From assembly GCF_001194135.2 (NCBI RefSeq), contig NC_069003.1:36679360-36743359 (forward strand): a stretch of 64,000 nucleotides of DNA, written 5' to 3'. The translations under genes and the position numbers were made by a program. This DNA is from Octopus bimaculoides (lineage: Eukaryota). Below, in pieces: positions 1 to 13,545 of this stretch; the first letter of the stretch is position 1, and every line of letters begins with the position of its first letter. A model generated the notes under the pieces. The model was not told the DNA's origin. It made no database searches and saw only the letters and a list, made by a program, of their open reading frames with translations.

Positions 1-1759
1 AGTTGCAAAAACATGATGGTCACCATTGAAAGTCCTCTGAACATAGGTCAGCTTGGCCATAGTTAATTGGAGGCAAAAATAATAACAATCATGCAACATT
101 CACAGTGCTCTCTTCGGGCAGTTATCCAGGGGTCTCAAGGAACCAATTCTAATCTATGTGTGCTGTAATTATATATGTTGGGGCACCAGTGCCCTGCTTT
201 ATCCTAAGGGACTGTAACATTCTTTAAGATGGCCCTGTGCACTCATATGATTAATAGCAGCCAGTAGAAGTGAACTGGCGATACGCAGATCACATCCAGG
301 CATTTGACCGACTGAACTGGTAGTGTTACACAACAGTGCTCACACACTGTTCATCTTCGTCACGATCCTGTGTGTATGTGTACGTGGCTAAGCTAATGCT
401 GAGCACTCTGAGGTGGATTGTCACAGCCGGACAAAAAACAAAGGGGGGGGGAGTTAGTGCTAAAGTGTATAAGCGCTTATCCAACCATAACAATATAGGA
501 ACAGAACAGACAAGAACACACAACAGGAGTTTGGGATATCCATATTAGACGCCATACGATAAACCTCATCATTCGAAGTGGACATGTGAAATTAATTCGT
601 GGACATAGTGCCAAGTCATTCAACTGACAACCTACTACGAACAAACAGGATCCAATGACCTGCTGGAAACAGTAAATAAATCTCCCTCAAATCACACCCA
701 GCCATCTTAAACGAAAGACAAGTAGGTAATGCTGTCCATTGTCTGGAAAATAGATGGAATGGTTATGGCAGGAATACTTTCGATTATGGCTGATCTCAGG
801 CTAAACATCTGACTCTATACGGGGAAACGAGGGTGGGAGCCCCTTCATCGTCGTAAATAATAGATAAAAATCTTCCTACAAGAAAAACATCGAATTATGC
901 AATACCCCGGAGAAGGATTGGGTAATTTTTTAATTATAAAAACCTGTTCAGTCAGGGCTAAAGAACGACAAACTATCCATTACTATATTCCTGTCTGCTC
1001 GACCAGGACATCGCAACATCAATAACAAAGTCACTTAATTTAATTATCGGTAGAAACTGGGACAATACAAATTTATATCATGCTTATTTAGTTAATAAAT
1101 ATTTGTAAAATCATTTATAATTCAATATTGAAGACACGAGTGTCGAGTATGATGTCTATATTTCGTAAATAGAGATGGTAGATCAATGAGTGATGATTAA
1201 TAGAAAGGATTAATTGGTAGTTATTATATTAGGTAGACACTGGATTAGTTAATTAACGATGTTTCTCCACAGATTCTAAATATTTTATTTGGTTAATCAT
1301 CGTCGGTAAACATCGACAGGAAAGAAAAACCAAACAACAACAATTGACAAGTGTTCAGCAGATTTCAAAATATAAACAGTGCTTTTAGATGGCTAATCAT
1401 TGATTAATCTGCACCTGCACACATACATACGTATATATGTATGTCTTTTACCTTGATATCACAGACTAATTTAATTAAATTCCTGCACAAATGTTCGTAA
1501 TTCACTTTCCTTCGCGCCATCTTACTTTCAATCTCGAATCTTTCTCTTCTCTTCCCGTGAGAACTGAAACGATTACCACAGCCCAACCTCTTACATATCA
1601 GAAATGGGATTTTCTTATTTCTATAGGATCTTGAAGAGAAACAACACTGACTCAAATTAATGAATAGTGTGTGTGCGCGTGCGCCAGTGCGTCCGCGCGC
1701 GCGTGTGTGTGTGTGTGTGGAAGGGGGGAGTATGAATATGAATACAGAAGCTGGAGGTT

Positions 1760-2230
1760 TCAAAGCAGTTGTCCATAAATATCTTCGTTTTCTTTGATTT
1801 CCAAAGAGGCATTTATATCTGGAGGGCAGCTGACCTCTATGATGGTACATACCTTTGCCCCTCTGTCCCAAACAACAATATCCGGCCTGTTATGTATACA
1901 TTTCACTGAAGTTTTGATGGGAATATTCCACCAGTATTCCTTGTGTTGGTGCTTATGAATGTATTCCATAACAGAGATGATTTCTAAGTTTATTTCAGGA
2001 GAGTCTTTTTTGTGGATGGCATTGTAAATTGTTTTAGCAATGTATGTATGTTTGCACGTTACATATTACATGCATGCATACATATTACAGAGCCTAGCAT
2101 TCTTTCCATGCTTCTGAGTGCAGCAAAATAGAGGGAAACAATCTCATGAATGACCATTTCATGGTTTGTTGAGCTCTCTCTCTCTTCGGGGATGACATAC
2201 CCGTTTTCCTCTCCCCATTTGATGGCATAG
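1760..2230 (-). mobile_element. Degenerate non-LTR retrotransposon fragment with a restriction-like endonuclease (R4/Dong-like)
   Basis: Minus-strand translation IAKTIYNAIHKK...EYWWNIPIKTSVKCIHNRPDIVVWDRGAKVCTIIEVSCPPDIN...KENEDIYGQL fits the PD-(D/E)xK RLE domain (HNRPDIVV..IIEV..P.D). A decayed 'RLC' zinc-knuckle-like stretch lies upstream. No intact ORF. Confidence 0.75.
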
Positions 2231-2242
2231 AATATAAAGGAT

Positions 2243-2244
<2 letters not shown>

Positions 2245-2303
<59 letters not shown>
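2245..2303. repeat. (GA)n microsatellite
   Basis: Pure GA dinucleotide run. Confidence 0.98.
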
Positions 2304-2306
<3 letters not shown>

Positions 2307-3827
2307 TTCTTTTCAATTTGATGTGGTCAACGCATTGAAATTTCATTATAAAGCACTTTTTCTTTTCTTTCTCTTTCCCTTTCTTATTGTATACCTATCT
2401 ACATATTTGTAAATAAACACATTTTCTCACAAGGGCTAGATGACCTTTCAAGATGTCAATTTTAGAAAGCAGGACAGGAAAGATAAGAAAAGAGAGGAAG
2501 AAGAAAACAGATTGTTTTGATTCTTAAGTGGGTGTGGTCATTACTGTAAAGTTTGAAAAATATAGAGTTCAAAGTCCTATGAAAATGTATAAAACTTTAC
2601 ACTTGAATAATCAAATCTCATATTCTGCATAATTCCAAGTTTTTGCATGAACAAACATTAAATATTAGTATAACGTTTCATAAATTAGGAAAATGAAGTC
2701 AGAATATAAAGAATAATTTGAGTTATATTCTTGAGTATCATCCATCATTTTGTAGGAATTATTGCTCTTTTTCTTATTTGCTTGGATAAGAAAATTCCCA
2801 TTCTGAATGTGGTTCCAATGTTAATAACATGATGCTCATCTCTATAAATGATCAGATACATGTATAACATTGGCATTTTGACAACTGTTGTTCTTATAGA
2901 ACCTACTATACCCGACAAAGAATACTATATCCATTTTACCACTGATTAGGAAAGATATCCACTGCAGCTACTTGGCAAAGTAATTCGTGAAAGGATCTCT
3001 TTTGAATTATCTTATCCAAGCAAACAAGAAAAAGAAAAAGAAATCCTACAAAATGATGTGTGTGTGTGTGTGTGTATTCTCATTCGAAATTTTTAAATAC
3101 ACGAAGTGAAAAAAATGAACATGCTGGAATTTTGAAATTCTCCAAGTAATTGAATCATGAAAATTTAAACAATAATTTGCGGAAAGAGCCAAAATTAAAA
3201 AAAAAAGTATGGAACGGGAAAAGGATCAAGACCACCCGCCCCCACGTCTTTTTATTTAGAATCGTAATCTATTATGTTTAAGAAATTCCAGCTTTTTGGC
3301 GCACTGGACAATTTCTGACTCTATTGAAACTTGCCCCACCCCGTTAGATTTACGGTGAACTTCAAGAAATATCGGCTGCAAAAAATAGTCCAAAAGTTGA
3401 ATCAGTCAAAAACAAGAGAAGTATTTCGTTTTTGCAAGATTCATGATGTAAATTCGTGCGAAACATTTTTTATTTATCTCTGGAGGATAGGTAGACTAAT
3501 AATAAACACGCACTGGTTCTATTTCACATAATTTTCATTTGTCAATTGTTAACTATTCTACTACTTGATTAATCTTTCGGTCAATTAATCAGTCACCAAA
3601 CTACTTTAATCAGTTCACTAATTGATTGTTTAATTAATCGGCCGGTCAATCAATTAGCGAATGAATTAAATTGATACGATCCTACACTGAGGTACAAGGG
3701 AAGTGACTCCAGCACCTGAGTTCCGGTTCCTGTTTAATATATAACAATCTTCTGACAGGGGTAACGCCTTGTTTTGGATGTCATTCGTTGCAGGTGCCTC
3801 TACACACCTCTGCCATTTACCGTAAAT

Positions 3828-4085
3828 ATGATCAAATCAATATGGAATTGGATTTCCTACTGGTACCTCCGTTTCATCCTCAGCATTGGTATCTACATGA
3901 TGGAGCCCATGGAACGGTGGATCGTTAATTCTATATTGGTGGCAGTGTTTGCCATGTCGGTCTATACAAGTTACGTGTTTCTTCCTGGTCATTTCACGAT
4001 GTTGGTGCGGTTTATTGAGTCCTTCTCTGGCTCTGACACACCGACGGATATCAACCAAGCGTCCACTGCTACCATCTCAAGTTGA
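3828..4085 (+). CDS. SPTSS: Serine palmitoyltransferase small subunit (SPTSSA/B family), 85 aa, single coding exon
   Basis: MIKSIWNWISYWYLRFILSIGIYMMEPMERWIVNSILVAVFAMSVYTSYVFLPGHF matches the family pattern W.Y..Y......YMLEPWER..FNS.L.....M..YT.YVF.P.H. The first ATG is at 3828; the ORF track start at 3774 is a TTG. Confidence 0.93.
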   Translation: MIKSIWNWISYWYLRFILSIGIYMMEPMERWIVNSILVAVFAMSVYTSYVFLPGHFTMLVRFIESFSGSDTPTDINQASTATISS

Positions 4086-7000
4086 TCTTTACATTCAGCT
4101 TCACTAATTAATTCTAAATATTGCTCTTGCATCATGGATTACAACTGATATATCATCAATAAGAAAACAAAACCAAAAAAAAGATCAAACAAACATTTGT
4201 TGACGACGACCTTCGCTGTTTTTTTGTTTTTTTTTATGACTGGTTTGATATAAGGGCTACGATGAAAAGTCAGGTGTTTTGGTCATCATTGGCAACAAGA
4301 AAACGAACAACAACAACATGATGAAAATCTCATCTTTTGTGTAATTCTTTCCACTCAATTTTGACAATATACTTTATTTTTTAATTTAATACACATAATT
4401 GATAAAATAATGTATTTAAATTATCATTCTAGAGGGAAATTATATTTTATTATAAAAAAATTAATAATAACAAATAAATAATAACAATGGGAGCAATTTA
4501 TTTCTCTTGTCTTCATGAATATTCGGTAAATTTTTACTCTTCCATCTGTCTTGTAAAACGAGTGTAAACTTTCGGAATAACAATCATCATTTACCTCATG
4601 GAGAATGAAAAGAGCAACGAATTGGGTTGTTGTTTCCTTCTGTTAAAGAATTTTTTACTCCCTTCCTCATCCTCAATTCTTTTACCCTTTTCCAGTCAAT
4701 TTTACTATAACACCCGTCTCACGTGATGGATATTATTTCTTTGGTCTCCTTAGACGGGTATGATGATACCGAATATTTTATTTCAAAGCCTAATTTTTCA
4801 GTATTTATAAATAGCTATTGAAGTTTAGGCGATCTTAGATTATAGCGTACCGATTTCATTTTCTCACGATTCTCTATCAGTAATATTTTAGCCTGCACTT
4901 TCGTTGTAGTCACTACAAATAACATGCAACGATCTATTTCATGGACTTGCTGTAAAACACATAAAATTACTTTGATTTACTGTAAAATTTACATTCGGGT
5001 AAATGTAATGGTGGTCGAGTATTGGCCAGAAACTATCATGAAGAGAAAATTAAAGCTTGCAAAACGGTACGCTATAGTCCATAATCACCTTTTATTCAGT
5101 ATTTGATGTTTTCGTATATTGCATTCAAACCATTCTGAAGTTAATTTCTATTTAGTAATAGCTGCATTTAAATGAAGATAAAAACCTCATTTATAATAGT
5201 TAATGACTTTTACAATTAAGAGCGGTTAATAATCGGGGGAAGTTTAAATTATTGCTGAATTTTGAATCGACCATTTGTGATGAGAGTCGGCGGGTAATTT
5301 TTCGATACATGTTCACCATAATTAATATAATAAAAGGTGGAGATTAATTGACCCTAATCCAGATTAACACTTTAGTTTCATTCCCAGTAAGCAACATTTT
5401 TGGTGTAAAATACTGAGGCATTTAACTGCTAACCCATCCACCTTATATAAGACTGAAATAAAGAAAATTATGTCATTATATAATTTATTAAAAACTTATT
5501 TCAAAGTCCATGAATAGAACAAATGATCTTATCGAGGAGGATCTTGCCGCTTTCATAGATTTAATGAAAAGTTCTTTTCAAATTTTAATACCTCGCTGCT
5601 TCTGCTTTTTATTCTTTGTGACATTAAAACCCTTTTAAAAAAAATTTTCAATTCATAAAGTCTAAAATTCCAAAAACGAGGAGCGGGTAGTATTAGCAGC
5701 TTCAAAACGAAGGAAATCTCCATCGGTGTTGCTATTGTTGTCAGTGCGAATAAAGTGGAATTGTTTAGGTTAAAAGTGAAAGTGTACGAGGCTAACTTTT
5801 GTTCTGGATTCCTTTTCAACTACAAACAATGAACAATGACTATTTGGGACGAGGATATTATTGAAATGAAATTAAGCATTGAAATATTTTTATCTTTGTG
5901 ATTTGACCCTGTTTGCGTAGATACGTAATCCAAAGTGTTGTAACCGTCCCAAGTAACACAAAATTTAGGTCGTTTAATAAAATGTCAACGAGGTTTGAAG
6001 TAGATCAGTCGACCGTGATAGGGTGAGCTGAAGTGAAACATTACCGCACATCGTCATAGTAATATCATGTACTATCTGTCTGTCTGTCTAGTTGTCCAAG
6101 AAAGGGTTAAGTCAGTAAAAAGAAAATCTTCAATATAAAGAAATAAAGTGTGCATAATTTTAATTCAGAATATTACATACCTACATATATATGAATATAT
6201 ACATGCATATATGGGTACAGAACGTCAAAAAACATGAACAAAATGAAAAACAAGAACATAAAAAAACAAAACCTGGAAAACGAACTTTTTTTGGACAACG
6301 AAAGAAACAAGTAGAGAAACGAGACAGGCAACATAAAGAACAATCCCTTCGTCAGTTGTCCCCTGTTTTATCTACTCTGCATTTAGAAGGTAGGAACAAG
6401 ACGCGACTTCATTAAAACAGTCCTTCCCGCAAAGCAAATTAAATAAAATTTGGGATTTTTGCAGAGGGTTAAAGTGGTAACAAAAACATGACAGTAAGAA
6501 CAAAACGGTAAAAACAAACGGTGAGGGCTGTTAAGCATCACGAGGTGAAGTGGTGAACGCTGGAGAAACAAGCTTTGACAAGAGACAGGCAGTATATATA
6601 TGTATGTATATATATATATAAAAGTGAGCTATATTATCCGGGTGGATACTGTATTCACTCTCAGTTAAGGGCTAACTACTTCGATCAGTATTTGAGAGAT
6701 TATAAAATAAATTTTGTGGATTTACAAGTCTCCACACTTTATTATTAATAATTATATATATGTATATGTTATATATATATTGGTGTTTTGTATTTCTCAC
6801 TTTATTTTTTGGTGAATTCAGTATTAATGCAGAATATTAAAGTTTGCAAAGGGCATAGCAACCCAAGGCTGGATACTCTGTGGTCATTTGACCTGCTAGA
6901 AATAGCCGCCGAATCTCACTGTCTTAAAGGTGATGGGGAGACACATTGAATAATAATAACATTGTATGCTGGAAGAAAAGGACCTGGTTGTTATGCCTTA

Positions 7001-9206
7001 AGCATCTTTTTTGGTGACAAGGCTTCTTGATCTAGGGTTGAACAACAATTTAAGACAGAAATCAGCTTCATTTTTCTTTATAGGTTTTTGATGCCAGCAA
7101 CAGAAAAGGAACAAGAATTGTATCAGTAATGGATTGAATGAAATTTTTTCATATTCATTTTTCGCTTCCATTTTTTAAAATTACAAAGTCAATGTATTTT
7201 GTAGTTTGACAGTCGCCAACCATTTTAAAAGTTAGTGCTTAAGGTGTGAGGAGACTACTAATATGGTTAACTGTTATATTAGTACAGCGATGTTTCATTT
7301 TGGGATCGAGAAAGTGAAACTACTGAAGTTCATGAATGGCATAACAAATGGAAAGTAACTTTGTCACTTCACCTTCCATTTATGTTCAAACACCGAAAGG
7401 TGTCTTAAAATAACTCAATGAGCTGCGAGATTACAGTAAAAATAATATCCAGTCGAATACATACTTATATCTTTGTATGTAATGTTAGTGTGCTATTCAA
7501 TACCACATCATGTTATTTCCTATCCATCTGATACCATTTATCAGATGATAGCAGTTCACTCTCTGCTCTCACTGTGATGTTAATTCTTGCTGGAATATAA
7601 CTTTGTTCTTTCTTTGTAAAATATAACTAAGAAAATATATAACATTTATTACGTTATGTAAATTTATTAATGTATGAATTTTCTAATCATGTAAGATATC
7701 TTGGGACTCGCATTATTCAAAATAATAAATATTATTCACCTCTGATGGTCACCTTAGAGTGAAAGGTGAAATTTCTTTGTTGGGACATAATAAATATGAT
7801 AGAAATATTTGCTGGTCACATTATTTGTATAAAGCTCTCTCTCTGGACTTTGGTCTCCTTCAACGTTTGATTACATATATCTTTATATAAATAATAAGAC
7901 AATGATGGGTGGGGAAGTAGAAGGGGTTGGAATGAAAAGTAAAACAAATGGATCATATAGGCAAAGGTGAATCTGTATAATAGCAGGGTATATACATGGG
8001 ACGTATAGATTAAGATAAGAAAAGTAAGGTCATTGTAGAAAAGCAAGAAGGAGCAAGAAACATACACCACATGAAAGGAGGAGGTGGGGGTATTGTAGAT
8101 GATTAAGAAGAAAGAAATAATTAAATTAATGGGGTTCTGAAAAGAATAGGGGATTAAAGAAAGTGCTAAACTGCACTGCAGAGAATGTTGATAACTATTC
8201 AACCAAAACTGTATGCATAGACAGATGTAAACAACATCTTGTCTTGATAGACAAACTTTATGGATAGAAAAACAAGTCCTGTTGATCTTTTTGTGTCTTT
8301 GAAAATATTGTATACACAGATAAGGTGTTTACACAATACATAATGTTGGTTAAAAATCTATATTCTGTAGTATAGTATATATTGAAAGAAAACATTAGTA
8401 ATACAACAGTGATTTACTAATGAAACCAGCTGTCTAGAATGCATTCTATACACAAATTGGGATCCATTTAATTTACTTAGGATCTTAACATTCGGTGATT
8501 TGTAAGAAGTGTCTCTGTGGATAAAGAAGATGCTTGGATGTTGATAAAATCTCAACAAAGGATTGAAACTAGTCTAAGATAAATAATTATCATTTTAGCA
8601 TCCACTTTTCTATGCTTGCATAGGTCAGACAGAGTTCATTGAGGCAGATTTTCTATGGCCAGACGCTCCTCCATTGCCAAACCTTGTTTTCATGGAAGAC
8701 TGGAAATAAGACGCTGCTTGTATGATGGTGATGTTTATTTTACAATTATTGTGTGATGTTAAGACAAGGAGACAAAAACACTCACATAAATATATATTGA
8801 TGATTACATAAATAGTGCATTGTAAAAGTAAAAAAAATACTGTCAAGAAAATAAAGTTTAAAAAAAGTAAACTTTAATGGCAAATATATTTGGTGATATT
8901 TACAAAGATTTGTATTATAAGAATTAAATATTCTATTGTTGGACACAAAGTAAATATTCTTTGTTGTTGCAACAACTTCAGATTTATATTCCAGATAAAG
9001 GAAACTGACTTAGGTGGACTGTGCACATTAGAAAATGGAGCACATCTGGAGTAAATTCTTATATTGTCAGTGTTTACCAGAAATGGTAGAATGTTGACCA
9101 AGTCCAGTGCAAAGGTACCTAAGTTCAGCTGTCCAGTGTGGTACATATAACCTATCAGAGGACCAATGGAAGTTTTCTTCAGGATGATTCATAGAAAATC
9201 AATCAA

Positions 9207-9308
9207 TCAGCCAGTTTTTCTCATAGTGATCATCGTATTGATCTCCCAAATTATTGTTCGGATGTGATCAATAACTTCCTTCAGTTGACGGCTTTTCAAT
9301 TGTATTCG
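9207..9308 (-). CDS. MED30: Mediator subunit 30, coding exon 4 (RIQLKSRQLKEVIDHIRTIIWEINTMITMRKTG*)
   Basis: Acceptor ttttccag at 9309-9311. Matches the MED30 C-terminus (KLKQKNQQLKQIMDQLRNLIWDINAMLAMR). TGA at 9209-9207. Confidence 0.95.
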   Translation of the reverse strand, partial: RIQLKSRQLKEVIDHIRTIIWEINTMITMRKTG

Positions 9309-9403
9309 CTGGAAAAAAAAAAGAAGATAAATGATTAGAATTTTACTTACGAATTAAAATAGTTAAAATGGGAACAGAAACAGACTCAAACACAAAAACT
9401 TAC

Positions 9404-9511
9404 TTCAACCATGTCTCTGTGTTCTTCAGAAACAATTTGGTAAAGGTTATTTTTTTCAGCATCTCGAAGGAATTCAGTGTTATATTCCTTGTTACAAATT
9501 GGTATAAGATT
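9404..9511 (-). CDS. MED30: MED30 coding exon 3 (NLIPICNKEYNTEFLRDAEKNNLYQIVSEEHRDMVE)
   Basis: tttctgtag acceptor, gtaagt donor, 108 nt, phase 0/0. Aligns with the LIPY...ASEERREIAE region of MED30. Confidence 0.92.
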
Positions 9512-10988
9512 CTACAGAAATTAAAAAATAAATTACTAAAATAACAATATGTGCAATTTTAAAAGAAAACAAAAAAATATCTTAAAATTACTAATGAATG
9601 GCTTCTGAGACTTGGTAAAGTTATGTAAAGCAGGTAAGGACTGACAGTGAACTCTGTGAAGAATTCAGTAAAAAGACATCCATCAAATTCCTAATTCCTC
9701 TCTCCTCACTCACCTCATACCCTGAGGGGCCACCTGGACACCTCATCACTACTATTTATCTCTTTGCAGTTCCACCTGATCATTCTCACCCTTTCTTCTA
9801 AATGTGAATAGTCATGTGACTCCTCCACAATAACAACCTGCTCTCCACCCTTCTCTCATGCCCCACCCCCATCGACTTCCTTGGTTTATAGTCTTGCAAT
9901 CTGCAAGATAACCTCACTAGTGCAGGTGGTACAAACAAAACACCAGGTACATACTGTTAGGTGGTTGGCTTTAGGAAGGGCATCCAGCCATAAAAACCAT
10001 GCTGAAGCAAACACTGGACCAGAATGCAGTCCTTCGACCCACTGGAATCTGTCAAACCATCCAACCCATGCCAGCATGGAACATGGACATTAAATAATGA
10101 TGAATAATAGTCTTCAGTAAAAACCCTCTCATCAATTCTCTACCATTTGTTTTAATTCTTCAGTAGATTAAAACTGGATGATTTTTGGTAGTTTTATTTG
10201 CAGATGCCCTGATTCTTAATTTAGAATCTACCAAAGAGTTGTAGAATATGATCCAAAAATGAAACTATAGCTTAGAGTCCAAAGGACAACATGTCATACA
10301 CCAAAGTCCTAATTGCTGACACAGCACTAAACTGGTTTTTCCTGATCGATAAGGAGAGTAAACAGTAACTCACTACTCTATGGGTACACAAAAGGAATTT
10401 CTGGCAGATTGATAATGAACAATGGTCTTACTGTTCTAAATATACGTGACATTTAGCAACTAATAAGAAAGTCTATGAATTTGTCAGCTATGAGAATATG
10501 GTTGATAGTTTCCATTATGTAGGTGACATATAAGTGATGAGGATAATTATTGAGAAATTGTAGTAACTGGAGTACGGTTTGAGGGGGAAAAGTGCAAGGG
10601 AGCTGATACCATGATTGGCAAAAAGGATTTCTTAAGCCACTACAAAGGAATTCTTTACGTGGTGCTTGATCTGCAAGAAATAGCAGCTGAATTTGCCTCA
10701 AATCACAGCATACTACCTTACAACAGAAGGAAGCATCAGAGAAAAAAAAGTCAGGATGGTCATAGCTGGAAATCCTTTCATCACCAGATTGCTTAATCAG
10801 GGCTGATCCAGAATAACAACAATAATAAAAGATTTGTTTTATACAAAAAGTAAACTTTATAGAGAAGCAAAGAAAGATCTATTTAATAATAAATCATATT
10901 TTTTAAATAGTTATTCTGAAAGGAAAAAAGCATCTTATAAGTTCAAAAATAAAAATAATTTAAAATATCACTATCGAAACATTCTTAC

Positions 10989-11150
10989 TTCAGAAGAAAA
11001 CATTGCTTCTCTTGGACCAGTGCTTTCTTCTACTTTTTCAGAGATGATACGTAGTTTTCGGAAACCTAAATTCAAAATCCTCATTTGATCATCAAGTTTA
11101 TTTTTCTTCTCTTGGTATTGTTGTACATTATAAGAAGCACCATTAGGCAA
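10989..11150 (-). CDS. MED30: MED30 coding exon 2 (LPNGASYNVQQYQEKKNKLDDQMRILNLGFRKLRIISEKVEESTGPREAMFSSE)
   Basis: ttgcag acceptor, gtaaga donor, 162 nt. Matches LPNGVTY...YQDR..KL...FRKLR of MED30. Confidence 0.95.
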
Positions 11151-11421
11151 CTGCAACAGAGAAATATTGCATTAAACTAATTACAAAAAAAAAAAAAACT
11201 GATGCATCCATTGATGTTTTCAATAACAATTTAGGGTGAAATATTTTTTACTAGCTTTATTCCAATAGAATTTAACTCTTCAACCCATGCGAACAAGGAA
11301 AAAGGGATGTTAAACGATGATGATGATATTATTCAAACTAAAATCAATTAGTCTTTTAATAAAGGCTGAAATCAGCAAAAAGTATTATGATGAAAAATTA
11401 AGAGATTATTGGCAAACTTAC

Positions 11422-11802
11422 TGATATGGTTTTCAGAATACCAAAGATATCTGCAGCTCTTTGTACTGTGTCATGTACAATCTCTTGACCGAGTCGACAC
11501 AAGGAAACACTATTCACCTCTTTAGGGAGCTGACCACCTTGTTGGCTTCCTGGGACATTACTTGGTAACTGACTGCTTCCTCCCTGTGATAACATTCCAC
11601 CACTTGACTGGGGCAGCATGTTGGATTGTTGAGTGTTTTGTTGCTGAGCGGTCTGACCTGCCTGACCATGCATTTGCTGTTGTGATAAAGGTGGGACTAA
11701 TGCAGACCCCGCCATTGGAGGGGCTTGTCCTGAGGCTGACATGCCTGTATTTAGATATATGTTACTCCCTTGTGATCCTCCATATGAATGATTACCTGCC
11801 AT
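11422..11802 (-). CDS. MED30: MED30 coding exon 1 (Q/G/S-rich N-terminus, then EVNSVSLCRLGQEIVHDTVQRAADIFGILKTIS)
   Basis: ATG at 11802, gtaagt donor after 11422, 381 nt. EVN..SLCR.GQE.V.D.V.R..EIF..L motif of MED30. Confidence 0.95.
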
Positions 11803-13148
11803 CTAAAACACCTGTAGTGACAAACAGCAATTAAGGAAAATGAATTACACGAAGCAGTTTTTGAACAAAAAGTAAATGCGCAAAATAAGAGAGAGAGAGA
11901 GAGATGTTTGTTTAGTGGTTTACTCTGATGCAAAATCTATCATAATTTTTGTTTTTAAATCTGCCAAAACTTACAGAAAAGTAAATAATGTAATATAATG
12001 ACTTCTACTCATTTTTGTATGAGTCTGAGTCCTTTGTCTACTGGAAATAAGATCAGATAAGTGTTGTACTGATGATGGCTACTGTGTCAGGAACATGCTT
12101 TCAGACCTCCAGACAAAAAGCTTGTCTGTTCCCTTAATGGATTGTCAGTTTTGGAGAGTTTAACAACCTTGAGATTATTTCCCCTCTTCATATGGAGCTG
12201 GTCTAAATAGCCATTTGGTGGTCGTCAATTTGTTTTATGTACGTTTTTAAAGGTGTTCTGTAAAATAGGTTTCACGTAATCTAAATAATAGCAAATACTG
12301 TGTTGGAATTAATCCCAGTTCAACCTCGATCCAACAGACCTATGATCAAAAGCTTTCCACCCCAGCTCTATTGTTGAAAATACCTGAGTAAACAAGACGG
12401 AAGTAGAAGAAAGACGAATTTTACAAGAGAGAGAGGTGGGTAGAAAGGGATGGACGGGGAGAATTGATCTTTGAGATACAATGTATCCAAAACTACATCA
12501 TTTATTAAGATGCTAGAAAATGGCATGAGGGAGATTTGGCTGCCATCCTTCGTTTTTGAGTGGTATATCGAAAAATTGCCGATTTGGCTGTTATTCTTAG
12601 CAAGTCGAAAGACCACTCAGAGCTTCTGTCGTTGGCTCATGCAGGATATTGTTTTTAATCAAGCGTGCTTGTTAACTGAGTTTAGTTGTTAAAAGTATTC
12701 CACCAAGAAGTGTCGATATATTTTAATATTCAAACAACGAAAGCATCGATATGTGATGTAGCTGGATCGTCTTAAGTTTGTTTATTTGGTTCAATGAGAA
12801 TATAATATGCCTTCAACCACAAACAATATGAGGACACAATATATTATCAAAAGCAGTATATTAATAATATTTTTAATATTGTAATCCGTGTCTGTTAGAA
12901 GTCAATACTAATTTCGAATTTGAAAATAAACACTACTTACAACAACGAATTAATAATAATTCTATAAATTCTGTTAAACCGAAAAAATGCTGCAAAACAC
13001 GTTTTCTTTTCGAAATTTATAAAACATAAACATTATAATATAACAAAGCGGATAAATTAAAATGAGAAATATTTACAGAGACTATGTGTTTTTCTTGAAG
13101 TATACAATCAGAGAAACGTATTTTTCCAGGTGAAAATATTTTACTTAC

Positions 13149-13230
13149 AGAAATAATTCCTGAAAACGCCGATCCAAGTGAAATGAGATCAAATCGAGCC
13201 AAAACGATGTTCCAGCGCCATAGTTTTTAC
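13149..13230 (-). other. MED30: Probable non-coding first exon (5'UTR) of MED30
   Basis: Strong gtaagt donor at 13148-13143, next to promoter motifs. An acceptor (cag, 11814-11812) lies just upstream of the MED30 ATG. The TSS position is inferred. Confidence 0.55.
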
Positions 13231-13234
13231 GAAA

Positions 13235-13250
13235 GTGACGTCATTTCCGC
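13235..13250 (-). promoter_or_regulatory. Overlapping ETS-CRE composite motif (GCGGAAATGACGTCAC), MED30 proximal promoter
   Basis: Perfect CRE TGACGTCA at 13236-13243 overlapping a CGGAA ETS core, immediately 5' of the putative first exon. Confidence 0.6.
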
Positions 13251-13545
13251 TTACAGTCTCCCGTTGTTTTGTTGTCCCCAAATCAGCCCTGATCACACTC
13301 ACTGATTCCTAGGAACACTTATGTGACATCTGGCTACGTTGTAATTATTCCCCTGGATCTTTCCGATAATTTGAACATTCGGACATATCATCATACACAC
13401 ATATATTATATATATAAGAGTTAAAACAACTCATAGCCACAACAATATATTTGTTGTAGATATAATAGCCTGTATAAACAGATATTGTGTATATATATAT
13501 ATATATGGCATAACTACAGATTCGTGCCCCCTCCCCGACTTTGGA

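Noticed and set aside
3774-3827. N-terminal extension of SPTSS shown in the ORF track
   Set aside because: It starts at TTG. Family homology begins at the ATG at 3828.
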